Assembly (NCBI GenBank): GCA_046735115.1
Contig: JBKPSR010000012.1
Coordinates: 3,317 to 67,316, forward strand
Direction: 5' to 3'
DNA length: 64,000 nucleotides
Source of the DNA: Actinomycetota bacterium
GTDB lineage: Bacteria > Actinomycetota > Thermoleophilia > Solirubrobacterales > Thermoleophilaceae
Of the stretch, positions 27,118-36,246 are shown in pieces (position 1 is the first letter of the stretch; each line of letters begins with the position of its first letter). Below the pieces are notes generated by a model. That model made no database searches and was not told the DNA's origin. It saw only the letters and a program-made list of their open reading frames with translations. Made by a program: the position numbers and the translations under genes.

Positions 27118-28258
27118 AGGCGTCGCCCGGCAGGCCTGGTGCGTCGCGGCCGGTGAGCCAGCGGAGCACGCTTGCGCCCACGTCCGAGAGCGGCCCGTCG
27201 TGGCGCCGGCCATCGCCGCCCGCGAAGCGGGCGAGGAGCGGTGCGTACTCGCGCGTGTGGTCAGTGTGGTCGACGTTCGGGTCCACACCGTGGTCGGCCG
27301 TGAGGACGAGCAGATCGTCGTCGCGGAGCAGCCCGAGCCAGCGGGCCGCGGCGTCGTCGATCTCCTTCAGGGCCTCGTGGAAGCCCTCCACGTCGTGGCG
27401 GTGACCGTAGACCTGGTCCGTCTCCACGAGGTTGACGAAGATCAACCCTTGCTCCAACTCCTCCAGGAGCCGCGTGGTCGAGGCAATGCCCTTCGCGTTC
27501 GTCGCGCCCTCGTGCTTCTCGGTGATGCCCACGCCGGCGAACAGGTCGCGGATCTTCCCCACGGCGTGCACTTCGAGGCCCGCGTCCTGGATCTCCTCGA
27601 GGTACGAGCGCCCGGGGGGCGGCGCCGCGTAGTCGCGGCGGCCCTCGCGACGCCTGAAGCTCCCCGGCTCGCCCTCGAACGGCCGCGCGATCACTCGCCC
27701 GACCGCGTGCTCGCCCGTCATCACCTCGCGCGCGGCCTCGCAGGCCGCGTACAGATCAGGCTCGGACACGACGTCCACATGCGCCGCGAGCTGGAGCACC
27801 GAGTCGGCGGACGTGTACAGGATCACCTCGCCAGTCTCGAGGTGGTGCCTGCCGAAGTCCTCGATCACCTCCGTGCCGCTGTAGGGCCTGTTGCAGCAGA
27901 AGCGGAGGCCCGTCGCCTCCTCGACCCGGCTGATGACGTCCGTCGGGAAGCCGTGCGGATAGGTCGGCAGCGGGCGCTCCGGCACCACGCCCATAAGCTC
28001 CCAGTGCCCCGTGGTCGACTCCTTGCCGGGCCCGAGCGGATGGAGCCGCCCGTGCACGACCGGATGGTCCGCCGGCGGCACGCCCTGGAGCGGGATGATC
28101 GAGCCGAGCCCGAGCTCTCCAAGGGTCGGCAGGTCGAGCCCGCCCACCCGCTCCGACAGGTGGCCGAGCGTGTTCGAGCCGGCGTCGCCGTAGTCCGCGG
28201 CGTCCGGCAGCTCCCCGGCGCCGCACGCGTCAAGGACGATGACGGTCGCACGTGCCAT
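27110..28258 (-). CDS. deoB: Phosphopentomutase
   Basis: MARATVIVLDACGAGELPDA.., ..GKESTTGHWELMG.., ..VNLVETDQVYGHRHD.., ..LVLTADHG... Confidence 0.9.
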   Translation of the reverse strand: MARATVIVLDACGAGELPDAADYGDAGSNTLGHLSERVGGLDLPTLGELGLGSIIPLQGVPPADHPVVHGRLHPLGPGKESTTGHWELMGVVPERPLPTYPHGFPTDVISRVEEATGLRFCCNRPYSGTEVIEDFGRHHLETGEVILYTSADSVLQLAAHVDVVSEPDLYAACEAAREVMTGEHAVGRVIARPFEGEPGSFRRREGRRDYAAPPPGRSYLEEIQDAGLEVHAVGKIRDLFAGVGITEKHEGATNAKGIASTTRLLEELEQGLIFVNLVETDQVYGHRHDVEGFHEALKEIDDAAARWLGLLRDDDLLVLTADHGVDPNVDHTDHTREYAPLLARFAGGDGRRHDGPLSDVGASVLRWLTGRDAPGLPGDAFT

Positions 28259-29190
28259 TGCGCCGCGATTATGTCGAGGCCGCGCTCCGCCATACTCAAG
28301 GGGTGATTCGCCGCCTTCCTCACGTCGATCGCGTGGGCATCGAGGAGCGCGCAGCAACGCTCGGCAAGCGCTCCATCAAGACCACCGCCAAGCAACAGGG
28401 AATCCGCATGGCGGTGTCGATGGTCGATCTCACCACCCTGGAGGGCTCCGACACCCCCGGGAAGGTGCGCCACTTGTGCGCCAAGGCGGTCTGCCCGGCG
28501 CCGGCGATGCCGGAGATCCCCTCGGTGGCGGCCGTCTGCGTGTACCCGTCGCTGGTGGGCGTCGCGCGCGAGGCGCTCGACGGCACCGGGGTGAAGGCCG
28601 CTTCGGTGGCGACCGCGTTCCCCTCGGGCCAGGCGTCGCTCGACGTGAAGCTGCGCGACACCGAGGAGGCCGTCGCCGCGGGCGCCGACGAGATCGACAT
28701 GGTCATCTCGCGCGAGGCCTTCTTGGCCGGAGACGACGCGCGCGTGATGGAGGAGATCGTCCGCGTGAAGGACGTGTGCGGCGACGCTCACCTGAAGGTG
28801 ATCATCGAGACCGCCGAGCTCGGCTCATACGACCACGTTCGCCACGCGTCGATGCTCTCGATGGAGGCCGGCGCCGACTTCATCAAGACCTCCACCGGGA
28901 AGGCGGCCACGGGCGCCACGCCCGGCGTCGTCCTCGTGATGCTCGAGGCGATCCGCGACTACGTGGACCGCACCGGTCGCGTCGTGGGGATGAAGGCGGC
29001 GGGCGGTGTCTCGAACAGCAAGTCGGCGCTCCACATGCTGGTGCTCGTGAAGGAGACGCTCGGCGACGAGTGGCTCACAAACGAGCGCTTCCGGATCGGC
29101 GCGTCGTCGCTTCTGAACGACCTGCTGATGCAGTACCAGAAGACAGAGACCGGGCGCTACGCACGCCCGGAGGACTTTTCGAAGGAGTAG
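28252..29190 (+). CDS. deoC: Deoxyribose-phosphate aldolase (long actinobacterial type)
   Basis: ..SMVDLTTLEGSDT.., ..IDMVI.., Schiff-base Lys ..DFIKTSTGK.., ..MKAAGGV... Start is GTG 28252 (7-nt divergent overlap with deoB) or GTG 28303. Confidence 0.85.
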   Translation: MPLRRDYVEAALRHTQGVIRRLPHVDRVGIEERAATLGKRSIKTTAKQQGIRMAVSMVDLTTLEGSDTPGKVRHLCAKAVCPAPAMPEIPSVAAVCVYPSLVGVAREALDGTGVKAASVATAFPSGQASLDVKLRDTEEAVAAGADEIDMVISREAFLAGDDARVMEEIVRVKDVCGDAHLKVIIETAELGSYDHVRHASMLSMEAGADFIKTSTGKAATGATPGVVLVMLEAIRDYVDRTGRVVGMKAAGGVSNSKSALHMLVLVKETLGDEWLTNERFRIGASSLLNDLLMQYQKTETGRYARPEDFSKE

Positions 29191-29193
29191 AGC

Positions 29194-30657
29194 GTGGCCA
29201 CGCAGGAGCAGCGCACGAGCATCGTCTGGGATTACGCGCCGGCGCCTGAGTCGCCGGAGCACGTGCGTCTGCGCGACTCGTACGGGCTGTTCATCGGCGG
29301 CGAGTTCGTCGATCCGGCTGACGGGACGCGCGTGCCGTCGCTCAACCCGGCGACGGAGGAGGTCGTGGCCGAGGTCGCCTTCGCGGGGCCGGGCGACGTG
29401 TCGCGCGCCGTTCAGGCCGCGCGCCTCGCCCAGCCGGGCTGGGCTGGGCTGAGCGGCCTCGAGCGAGGGAAGTACCTCTTCCGGATTGCTCGCCTCATCC
29501 AGGAGCGCGCCCGCGAGCTCGCAGTGGTCGAGTCGATGGACGGCGGCAAGCCGATCCGGGAGTCGCGCGACGTCGACGTCCCGTTGGCCGCCGCGCACTT
29601 CTTCCACTACGCGGGCTGGGCGGACAAGCTCTCGTACGGCATGGGCGGCCGCCGCGTCGAACCGCTCGGCGTGGCCGCGCAGATCGTGCCGTGGAACTTC
29701 CCGCTGCTGATGGCGGCGTGGAAGCTCGCGCCGGCGCTCGCGTGTGGCAACGCGGCGGTGCTGAAGCCGGCCGAGACGACTCCGATGACTGCTCTACTGC
29801 TCGCCGAAATCCTGCAGGAGGCCGAGCTGCCGCCGGGCGTGGTCTCGATCGTCCCGGGCGACGGCGCGACGGGCGCGGCGCTCGTCCGTGAGCCGGACAT
29901 CGACAAGGTTGCGTTCACCGGCTCGACCGCCGTCGGCAAGAACATCCAGTCCGCGCTCGCGGGTCGCGGCATCCCGGCCACGCTCGAGCTCGGCGGGAAG
30001 TCGGCGAACATCGTGTTCGAGGACGCCGCGCTCGACCAGGCCGTCGAGGGGATCGTCAACGGGATCTTCTTCAACCAGGGCCATGTCTGCTGCGCCGGCT
30101 CGCGGCTACTGATCCAGGAGAGCGTGGCCGACACGGTCGTCTCGAAGCTGTGGAGCCGGATGGGCCGGCTGCGGGTGGGCGACCCGCTCGACAAGAACAC
30201 CGACGTCGGGGCGATCAACTCGCGTGAGCAACTCGAGCGGATCACCTCGCTCGTCGAAAGCGGCGAGGAGGAGGGCGCGGTGCGGCGGACGGTCGCCTGT
30301 GAGCTCCCGGACCGTGGGTTCTGGTTCGCGCCGACGCTCTTCACGGACGTCGCCCCGGCCCACCGGATCGCGGCCGAGGAGATCTTCGGTCCGGTCGTGT
30401 CGGTGCTGACCTTCCGCACCCAAGCCGAGGCCATCGAGAAGGCGAACTCCACGCCGTACGGCCTTGCCGCCGGCATCTGGACCGACAAGGGGTCGAAAGC
30501 GTTCGAGGTCGCCGCCGCCCTCCAGGCCGGGGTGATCTGGCAGAACACGTACAACAAGTTCGACCCGTCGGCCGCGTTCGGGGGCTACAAGGAGAGCGGC
30601 TTCGGCCGCGAGGGCGGGATGTCGGGGCTGCGGCCATATCTGCGGGTGGCGTCGTGA
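29194..30657 (+). CDS. NAD(P)-dependent aldehyde dehydrogenase
   Basis: 487 aa. ..VPWNFPLLMAAWK.., ..FTGSTAVG.., Glu ..LELGGKS.., Cys ..FFNQGHVCCAGSR.., ..EEIFGPV... Confidence 0.9.
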   Translation: MATQEQRTSIVWDYAPAPESPEHVRLRDSYGLFIGGEFVDPADGTRVPSLNPATEEVVAEVAFAGPGDVSRAVQAARLAQPGWAGLSGLERGKYLFRIARLIQERARELAVVESMDGGKPIRESRDVDVPLAAAHFFHYAGWADKLSYGMGGRRVEPLGVAAQIVPWNFPLLMAAWKLAPALACGNAAVLKPAETTPMTALLLAEILQEAELPPGVVSIVPGDGATGAALVREPDIDKVAFTGSTAVGKNIQSALAGRGIPATLELGGKSANIVFEDAALDQAVEGIVNGIFFNQGHVCCAGSRLLIQESVADTVVSKLWSRMGRLRVGDPLDKNTDVGAINSREQLERITSLVESGEEEGAVRRTVACELPDRGFWFAPTLFTDVAPAHRIAAEEIFGPVVSVLTFRTQAEAIEKANSTPYGLAAGIWTDKGSKAFEVAAALQAGVIWQNTYNKFDPSAAFGGYKESGFGREGGMSGLRPYLRVAS

Positions 30658-31469
30658 GCGCGCGGCTTCCGGTTCGCAAGACGTACAAGCTGTTTGTCGG
30701 CGGTGCCTTCGTGCGCTCGGAGAGCGGCCGTTACGACACGGCCGACGGCTTCAACGTCCCACGGGGATCGCGCAAGGACGTGCGCGACGCGGTGGCAGCC
30801 GCCCGGAAGGCCGGCGGCGGCTGGGCGGGGCGCACCCCCTACAACCGCGGCCAGATCCTGTATCGATTCGCCGAGGCGCTCGAGTCGCGGGCGCCGGACA
30901 TCGGGGCCGGGCGCTCCGAGGTCGAGGCGTCGATCGACGTGCTCGTTCACTACACGGGCTGGACGGACAAGTTCCAGCCCGTGTTGGGAGGGATCAACCC
31001 GGTCGCCATGCCGTACCTGTCCTTCTCGCTGCCCGAGCCGACCGGCGTGGTGGGCATAGTCGCGCCGGACGCCCCGCCGCTGCTCGGGCTGATCGCGGAG
31101 CTGGCGCCGGCGCTCGCGTCCGGTAATACCGTCGTCGCGCTCCTGTCGGAGGAAAGACCGCTTCCAGGATTGGATCTCGGGGAGGTCATGGGCATCGCCG
31201 ATGTGCCGGGCGGCGTTGTGAACCTTCTCTCGGGCCGCCGCGCCGAGCTGGCCCCCGTCCTGGCCGGCCACCACGCCCTGAACGCCATCGTGAACGCCAC
31301 AGGCGGCTCCGCGCTGACCGCCGGGATCGACAAGCTCGCCTCCGAATCCGTGACCCGAGTGCGCCACGCGGCGCCGGTGGACAGCTACGAGACGGCGACC
31401 GCGGACCCGCTCAGCCGGCTCGAAGCGCTTACCGAGGTCAAGACGGCCTGGCACCCAGTCGGCGCGTAA
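30654..31469 (+). CDS. Truncated aldehyde-dehydrogenase-like protein (cofactor-binding half only, no Cys)
   Basis: GTGA overlap with the ALDH stop. N-half aligns by eye with the neighbour (..YKLFVGGAFV.., ..GVVGIVAPDAPPL.., ..PALASGNTVVAL.., ..GVVNLLSG..) and ends ..LTEVKTAWHPVGA like an ALDH C-terminus. The ~200-aa catalytic domain is missing and the protein contains no cysteine. Confidence 0.7.
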   Translation: MSARLPVRKTYKLFVGGAFVRSESGRYDTADGFNVPRGSRKDVRDAVAAARKAGGGWAGRTPYNRGQILYRFAEALESRAPDIGAGRSEVEASIDVLVHYTGWTDKFQPVLGGINPVAMPYLSFSLPEPTGVVGIVAPDAPPLLGLIAELAPALASGNTVVALLSEERPLPGLDLGEVMGIADVPGGVVNLLSGRRAELAPVLAGHHALNAIVNATGGSALTAGIDKLASESVTRVRHAAPVDSYETATADPLSRLEALTEVKTAWHPVGA

Positions 31470-31582
31470 CCCGGCGCCTGATCACACTGGCCGGCCGCGC
31501 GCGCTTGCCTTAGGGCCGCGCCCGCCGAAGCTGGGTGTGCTCGCCCGATTCTCGCGTCCGCGCCTCGCCGAGGCAGCCGCGG

Positions 31583-32416
31583 CTATTCGGCTGAGGGTGA
31601 CGTTTGTGACCACCCTCGGCGTCGCAGCTCCGTGGGCGGCAGGCCCGTCGCCTGCTTCACGCGCCGTGAGAAGTGGTACACGGATCTGAACCCCGCGCGG
31701 CGGGCTATCTCGCCGACGGGCAGGCCGGTGTTGGTGAGGAAGTCGATGCCGGTCGCCACGCGGCGCTGCCACAGGTACGCCATGGGCGTGATCCCGAGCT
31801 CCGCACGGAAGCGCCGCACGAGATGCGCGGGGGTCACGTTTACGCCGGCGGCCACGCTCGCGAGGTCCAGGTCCACGTCGTCCAGGTGGAGATTCAGATG
31901 GCGGCGCGCCAGCTCGACGGGCCCGGCGCTGCCGTGCGCGCTTGACCGCGCCTCACCGGTGTAGCGCCAGATCGCCGCCGCGGCCATCGATGCGGTCAAC
32001 CGGTCCGCGGTCGCCAGCTGGGTGCGCGCGACCGCGGCGGCCTCGCGCATCAGCTCGTTGAGGGCGGCCGAGGAGGGCAGCACCCGAGGAGCCCGCGCCA
32101 CCTCGTCCGCGACCGCGCCGGCAAGCCCGAGCTGCACCCATGAGTGACGCGTTTCCTCGCGCGGGTGGAACTCGAAGAGCTCGCGGTGCCCAGGCAGCAG
32201 GAGCGCCACGGACTGCGGGCGTAACTCGAACGGCGAGTCCTCGTCGACTGTGATCCGCGCGCTGCCGCTGTGGACGAGCACGAGCTCGAGATCGTGCTGC
32301 CATCTGGGTCCGAGCCGGCCGCCCGGCGGGTATGTGACCTCCCCGGCGCTCACCCGTATCGGCCGGAGCCCGCTCTCGAGATCAATCTCGGACAACAACG
32401 CACACATTGTGGCCAT
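31583..32416 (-). CDS. AraC-family transcriptional regulator (cupin + HTH)
   Basis: 277 aa. C-terminal double HTH ..VAAGVNVTPAHLVRRFR.. / ..VGEIARRAGFRSVYHFSRRVK... Confidence 0.85.
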   Translation of the reverse strand: MATMCALLSEIDLESGLRPIRVSAGEVTYPPGGRLGPRWQHDLELVLVHSGSARITVDEDSPFELRPQSVALLLPGHRELFEFHPREETRHSWVQLGLAGAVADEVARAPRVLPSSAALNELMREAAAVARTQLATADRLTASMAAAAIWRYTGEARSSAHGSAGPVELARRHLNLHLDDVDLDLASVAAGVNVTPAHLVRRFRAELGITPMAYLWQRRVATGIDFLTNTGLPVGEIARRAGFRSVYHFSRRVKQATGLPPTELRRRGWSQTSPSAE

Positions 32417-32445
32417 TGTGGACGCGCCGTACCAGTCCTACCGTG

Positions 32446-33279
32446 ATGCACATGGACAAGTCAGCGGTTACGATCGACGAGTACGTGCGCTTCCGGGAGG
32501 ACGGCTTCCTCATCGTGCGAGGGGTGCTCGCGCCCCAGGAGGTGCAGGAGCTCCTTGACCACGCCGACGAGCTGGTCGCGCAGGATCCCGAGCTGCTCCG
32601 CGTGCACATGCTCCACCGGAAGCTCGAGGTCCACGAGCGCTACCTGCTGCACGCACGGATCGTCGACGTGGTAGCCGGGCTGATCGGGCCGGATGTGCTC
32701 GCCCTTCAGACGATGCTGTTCGTCAAGGGGCCCGGCAGCCAGGGGCAGGGCTACCACCAGGACTCCTTCCACATCATCACCGAACCCGACACGCTGATCG
32801 GCGCGTGGGTGGCGCTGGACCGGGCGGACGAGGAGAACGGCTGCGTGTGGGTCACGAGCGGCAGCCAGAACGAGCCCGTCTATCCGGACGCCGACGAGGG
32901 CAAGGGCCACGGCGGCACCTTCCAGCTCGCGGACATCCAGTCCGTGAGCGGCGCGGACGATCACGACGAGTCCGTGAACGACCTCGTAACGATCGCGGCG
33001 AAGTACCCGGGCCGCGCGCGGCCGGCGATCCTTGATCCCGGCGACGGCGTCTTCTTCGGAGGCCATGTTCTACACCGGTCGCACGCGAACCGGAGCCGGG
33101 ACCGTTACAGGAGGGCCTTCGTCGGCCATTACTGCAACGCCCGCTCGCACGTGCCCTGGGACGACGAGCCGCTCGCCCGCGGCGAGGCCGCAAACGACCG
33201 GCACATCCTCGCCCGCGGGACGACCCACCTGCCTTATTCCCTGCCGAAGTTCGCGCGGATGGAGGTGGGCGCGGGGTAA
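32446..33279 (+). CDS. Phytanoyl-CoA dioxygenase (PhyH)-family Fe(II)/2-oxoglutarate oxygenase
   Basis: MHMDKSAVTIDEY... HxD ..GYHQDSFH.., distal His ..GGHVLHRSHAN.., ..RRAF... Divergent from AraC with a ~30-bp spacer. Confidence 0.8.
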   Translation: MHMDKSAVTIDEYVRFREDGFLIVRGVLAPQEVQELLDHADELVAQDPELLRVHMLHRKLEVHERYLLHARIVDVVAGLIGPDVLALQTMLFVKGPGSQGQGYHQDSFHIITEPDTLIGAWVALDRADEENGCVWVTSGSQNEPVYPDADEGKGHGGTFQLADIQSVSGADDHDESVNDLVTIAAKYPGRARPAILDPGDGVFFGGHVLHRSHANRSRDRYRRAFVGHYCNARSHVPWDDEPLARGEAANDRHILARGTTHLPYSLPKFARMEVGAG

Positions 33280-33286
33280 GCCCGCG

Positions 33287-33311
33287 GGCGCCCGATTTCA
33301 TGGCGGGCGCC
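33287..33311. terminator. GC hairpin between convergent genes (possible bidirectional terminator)
   Basis: GGCGCCC (33287-93) / GGGCGCC (33305-11) form a 7-bp stem with an 11-nt loop containing TTT. It lies between the PhyH stop (33279) and the 574-aa gene stop (33319). Confidence 0.25.
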
Positions 33312-33318
33312 GCGCGCG

Positions 33319-35043
33319 CTAGTCCAGCACGCCCTCGAGCCGCAGCACGCGGCGCAGGATCGCCAGCGACGACGCGTAGGTCGAGTCCATGCCGTAGTAG
33401 CTCAGGCCGCGGGCGCCCAGCGTGCGCGCCTGCGTGTAAGGCGTGTCAGAGGCGTAGTGGATGATCCCGAAGTCGACCGGCAGCTTCGAGAAGTTCACCG
33501 CCTCGTTCACCGGGTGGCGGTCGGCGTCGGCGATCTCATAGATCGCGTCGCAATACGGGCCGGCCTCCATCTCGACGACCGTGAACGCCTCGCGGTAATA
33601 GAAGTCGAGGTAGGAGCGGTTCTGTAGGAAGGTGCTCTTCACCGTGACGGCGCGCTGGTTGTCGAGGCCGCTGCCGAACCGCAGGTCGGGCGCGATGTCG
33701 TCCACGCTGAAGGCGTTGTCGAGCCAGTACGTCGAGCCGGAGTGCTCGTCGTGGACGACGGTCGAGAGCATCACGTCTCCGACGTCCGCGTTCAGAGTCG
33801 CCGCCTTGCCCAGTACGTACACGCCGCGGAGCGTCGAGCTGTTCACGGCCACCTCGCGCAGGATGTTGTAGGCAGCCACACCGAGCGGATAGTCGATGTT
33901 CACGATCGCGCCATCGGCGGCGGCCAGGGCGTCCGCGCGCACGTTGCCCAGGCGCGGGTCCATCCGCTCGGGCTGCAGCCTCGAGAGCGGGATGACCTGC
34001 GCCGGGACGCGCAGCGCCGTCGTGCTCCGAAGGTGCGTCACCCCGCACTCCGCCTCCGAGCGCCGGCGCGCCTCACGGCCCTCCTGGCCGTGCGAGTCGA
34101 AGTACAGCCGCGCCACGAAGTAGAGGAAGTTCTCCCACGAGCCCTCGGTGCGGCCCTCGCGGAACGCCTCGAGCTCGGAGCGGAGGATGTCGTCCTCGGG
34201 CAGGTCCTCCTCCACGAACGTCACGAGCGCTTCCTCGCGCTGGCGCGCGACGCCGGTCGCGATGTTCACGATGCTGTGCGTGTTCGAGCTGACGAAGTAG
34301 AGAGGCCGGTCGCCCAGGTGCTGCTCTGCGAGTGCGCCGTGCACCGGTTGCCACCAGCGGCGCGTAATCCGCGCATAGCCCACCTGCGTGCCGCCAAGCA
34401 TGCGTACGCGCAGGTTCATGCGCTGGTCCGCGATCAGCTTCAGGCGCGGCAGGAAGCGCTCACCCCATGCGCCGCGGAGGCGTGCCCAGTCGTCCGCCGT
34501 GCCGCCGAGCGCCTCGGCGCACTCCTCGGGCGCGGGGTCATGATCCGGCGGTGGCCAGCCGGCGGCCCGCTGCCGCACGCGCAGCTTGTTCCACTCGATC
34601 TGGAAAGCCACGAGCGTGGGGATCAGGTCGTCGACGTCGGAGGCGCTCGCGATCAGGATTGCGTGCCTCCCGTCGCCGGCGTCGTACCAGCGGCGGCGCC
34701 GGGCGGGAGCGTCCACCTCTTCCCAATCCCTGATCGAGATGCCGTTCTTCGAGAACACCTCCCACTCCTGGCCGAAGATCACGAGCTGCGCGTGGTCGGC
34801 CACCGAGTCCGGCATGCGGCGGATCGCGTAAAGGAAGGCGCCCAGGTCCGGGTCGTCGCTGTCGGCTAGCGGGTGGAGGCTCGACCCCATCGCGCGGTGC
34901 GCCGGCTCCAGGACGCGCAGGTGCGTCTCGCCGCTCGAGCGGAGCAGCGTGTTGTACGTGCGCTGGTAGAGCTCGACCTCGTCGCTCAGCCGCCCCGTGT
35001 GCTCGTCGGTGGGGCTGGTGAGGATCAGCCTCGAGACGACCAA
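33319..35043 (-). CDS. 574-aa protein: uncharacterised N-terminal ~350 aa + C-terminal nucleoside phosphorylase/nucleosidase (PNP_UDP_1)-fold domain
   Basis: Last gene of the nucleoside operon (3-nt gap after permease 2). C-terminal blocks ..GAIVNIDYPLGVAAYNIL.., ..VYVLGKAATLNADVGDVMLSTVVHDE.., ..FTVVEMEAGPY.. and ..IIHYASDTP.. run parallel to the MTAN/AMP-nucleosidase blocks (GIGKVAAA / NTGSAGG..GD / VEMEA / R.ISD). Confidence 0.7.
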   Translation of the reverse strand: MVVSRLILTSPTDEHTGRLSDEVELYQRTYNTLLRSSGETHLRVLEPAHRAMGSSLHPLADSDDPDLGAFLYAIRRMPDSVADHAQLVIFGQEWEVFSKNGISIRDWEEVDAPARRRRWYDAGDGRHAILIASASDVDDLIPTLVAFQIEWNKLRVRQRAAGWPPPDHDPAPEECAEALGGTADDWARLRGAWGERFLPRLKLIADQRMNLRVRMLGGTQVGYARITRRWWQPVHGALAEQHLGDRPLYFVSSNTHSIVNIATGVARQREEALVTFVEEDLPEDDILRSELEAFREGRTEGSWENFLYFVARLYFDSHGQEGREARRRSEAECGVTHLRSTTALRVPAQVIPLSRLQPERMDPRLGNVRADALAAADGAIVNIDYPLGVAAYNILREVAVNSSTLRGVYVLGKAATLNADVGDVMLSTVVHDEHSGSTYWLDNAFSVDDIAPDLRFGSGLDNQRAVTVKSTFLQNRSYLDFYYREAFTVVEMEAGPYCDAIYEIADADRHPVNEAVNFSKLPVDFGIIHYASDTPYTQARTLGARGLSYYGMDSTYASSLAILRRVLRLEGVLD

Positions 35044-35046
35044 GAG

Positions 35047-36246
35047 CTACTCCTTCACGTAGGGCACGCCGATTGCGGCGGGCGGTCGGGAACGGCCAAT
35101 GACGCCGGCCACCACGACCAGGGTCAGTACGTACGGCAGCGCCTGGAAGAGGACGGCCGTGGACCCCGAGAACGCGGGCAGCCGCTGCGCGAGCGCGGTC
35201 GAGAAGCCGAACAGGCAGGCCCCGGCGAGCGCGCCCCAGGGCCGCCAGCCCCCGAAGATCACCGCCGCGAGCGCGATGAACCCGCGCCCCGCCGTCATGT
35301 TCTCGCTGAACGAGCCCAGCAGGCCGATTGAGAGGTATGCGCCACCGGCTGCCGCGAGCGCGCCTGACGCGATCACCGCGAGGTACCGAGTGCGGATCAC
35401 CGGCAAGCCCACCGTGTCGGCTGCGCGCGGCTTCTCGCCGACGGACCGGAGCCGCAGGCCGCCGCGCGTCCGGAACAGGAAAAGGCTGAGCAGCGGAACG
35501 AGCAGGAGCGCGGCCCAGGTAAGCAGGTTCGTCTTGCCGATCGCGTCGCCGATGAAGCCGATGTCCTGGATCCCGGGCAGCGTCACGTCCGGCACCCGTG
35601 AGACCTCCGCGGGCGTGCCCTGCGAGCCGTAGTGGTAGATGAATACGTATCCGGTGATCCCGAGGGCCAGAATGTTGATCCCGGTGCCGCTCACCACCTG
35701 GTCCGCGCGCAGCTGGATCGAGACAAATGCGTGGACGAGGCCCAGCGCGGCGCCCGCGAGCAGGCCGATCAGGATGCCGCCGACCCACGAGCCGGTGAGG
35801 TCGGAGCCGTAGATGCCGAAGAAGGCGCCCATGAGCATCATGCCCTCGAGCCCGATGTTTATGACGCCGCTTCGCTCGGACAGGATCCCACCCATCGCGC
35901 CGAAGATGAGCGGCGTCGCGAAGCGAAGCATTCCTGCGGTGAGAGCGGACCATACGAAGACACGCTCGAGATTGCTCTCGCCCGACCTCACGAAGATCAG
36001 CGCGAGGATCGCTCCCAGGACGGAGATCGCCACCGCGATCCACCCGAGGCGCCGCTGGCCCTCGCGTGTGGCGTAGTAGCCGGCGGCCACTCCCGCGGCG
36101 GCCAGCAGGAGCGACACCACGGGCGTCCGGATCATGAGCGGCGGCAGGGCGACGTACGCCCCCAGCACGCCGAGCACGATTCCGGCCCAGGCCGCCGTCC
36201 GCGCCGAGATGCCCACTCGCGAGGCGGCGATCGTCGATGCGCTCAC
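35047..36246 (-). CDS. ABC transporter permease (BMP/nucleoside-type, second)
   Basis: GTG at 36246 overlaps the stop of permease 1. About 10 hydrophobic segments. The track ORF to 36627 is a read-through. Confidence 0.85.
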   Translation of the reverse strand: MSASTIAASRVGISARTAAWAGIVLGVLGAYVALPPLMIRTPVVSLLLAAAGVAAGYYATREGQRRLGWIAVAISVLGAILALIFVRSGESNLERVFVWSALTAGMLRFATPLIFGAMGGILSERSGVINIGLEGMMLMGAFFGIYGSDLTGSWVGGILIGLLAGAALGLVHAFVSIQLRADQVVSGTGINILALGITGYVFIYHYGSQGTPAEVSRVPDVTLPGIQDIGFIGDAIGKTNLLTWAALLLVPLLSLFLFRTRGGLRLRSVGEKPRAADTVGLPVIRTRYLAVIASGALAAAGGAYLSIGLLGSFSENMTAGRGFIALAAVIFGGWRPWGALAGACLFGFSTALAQRLPAFSGSTAVLFQALPYVLTLVVVAGVIGRSRPPAAIGVPYVKE

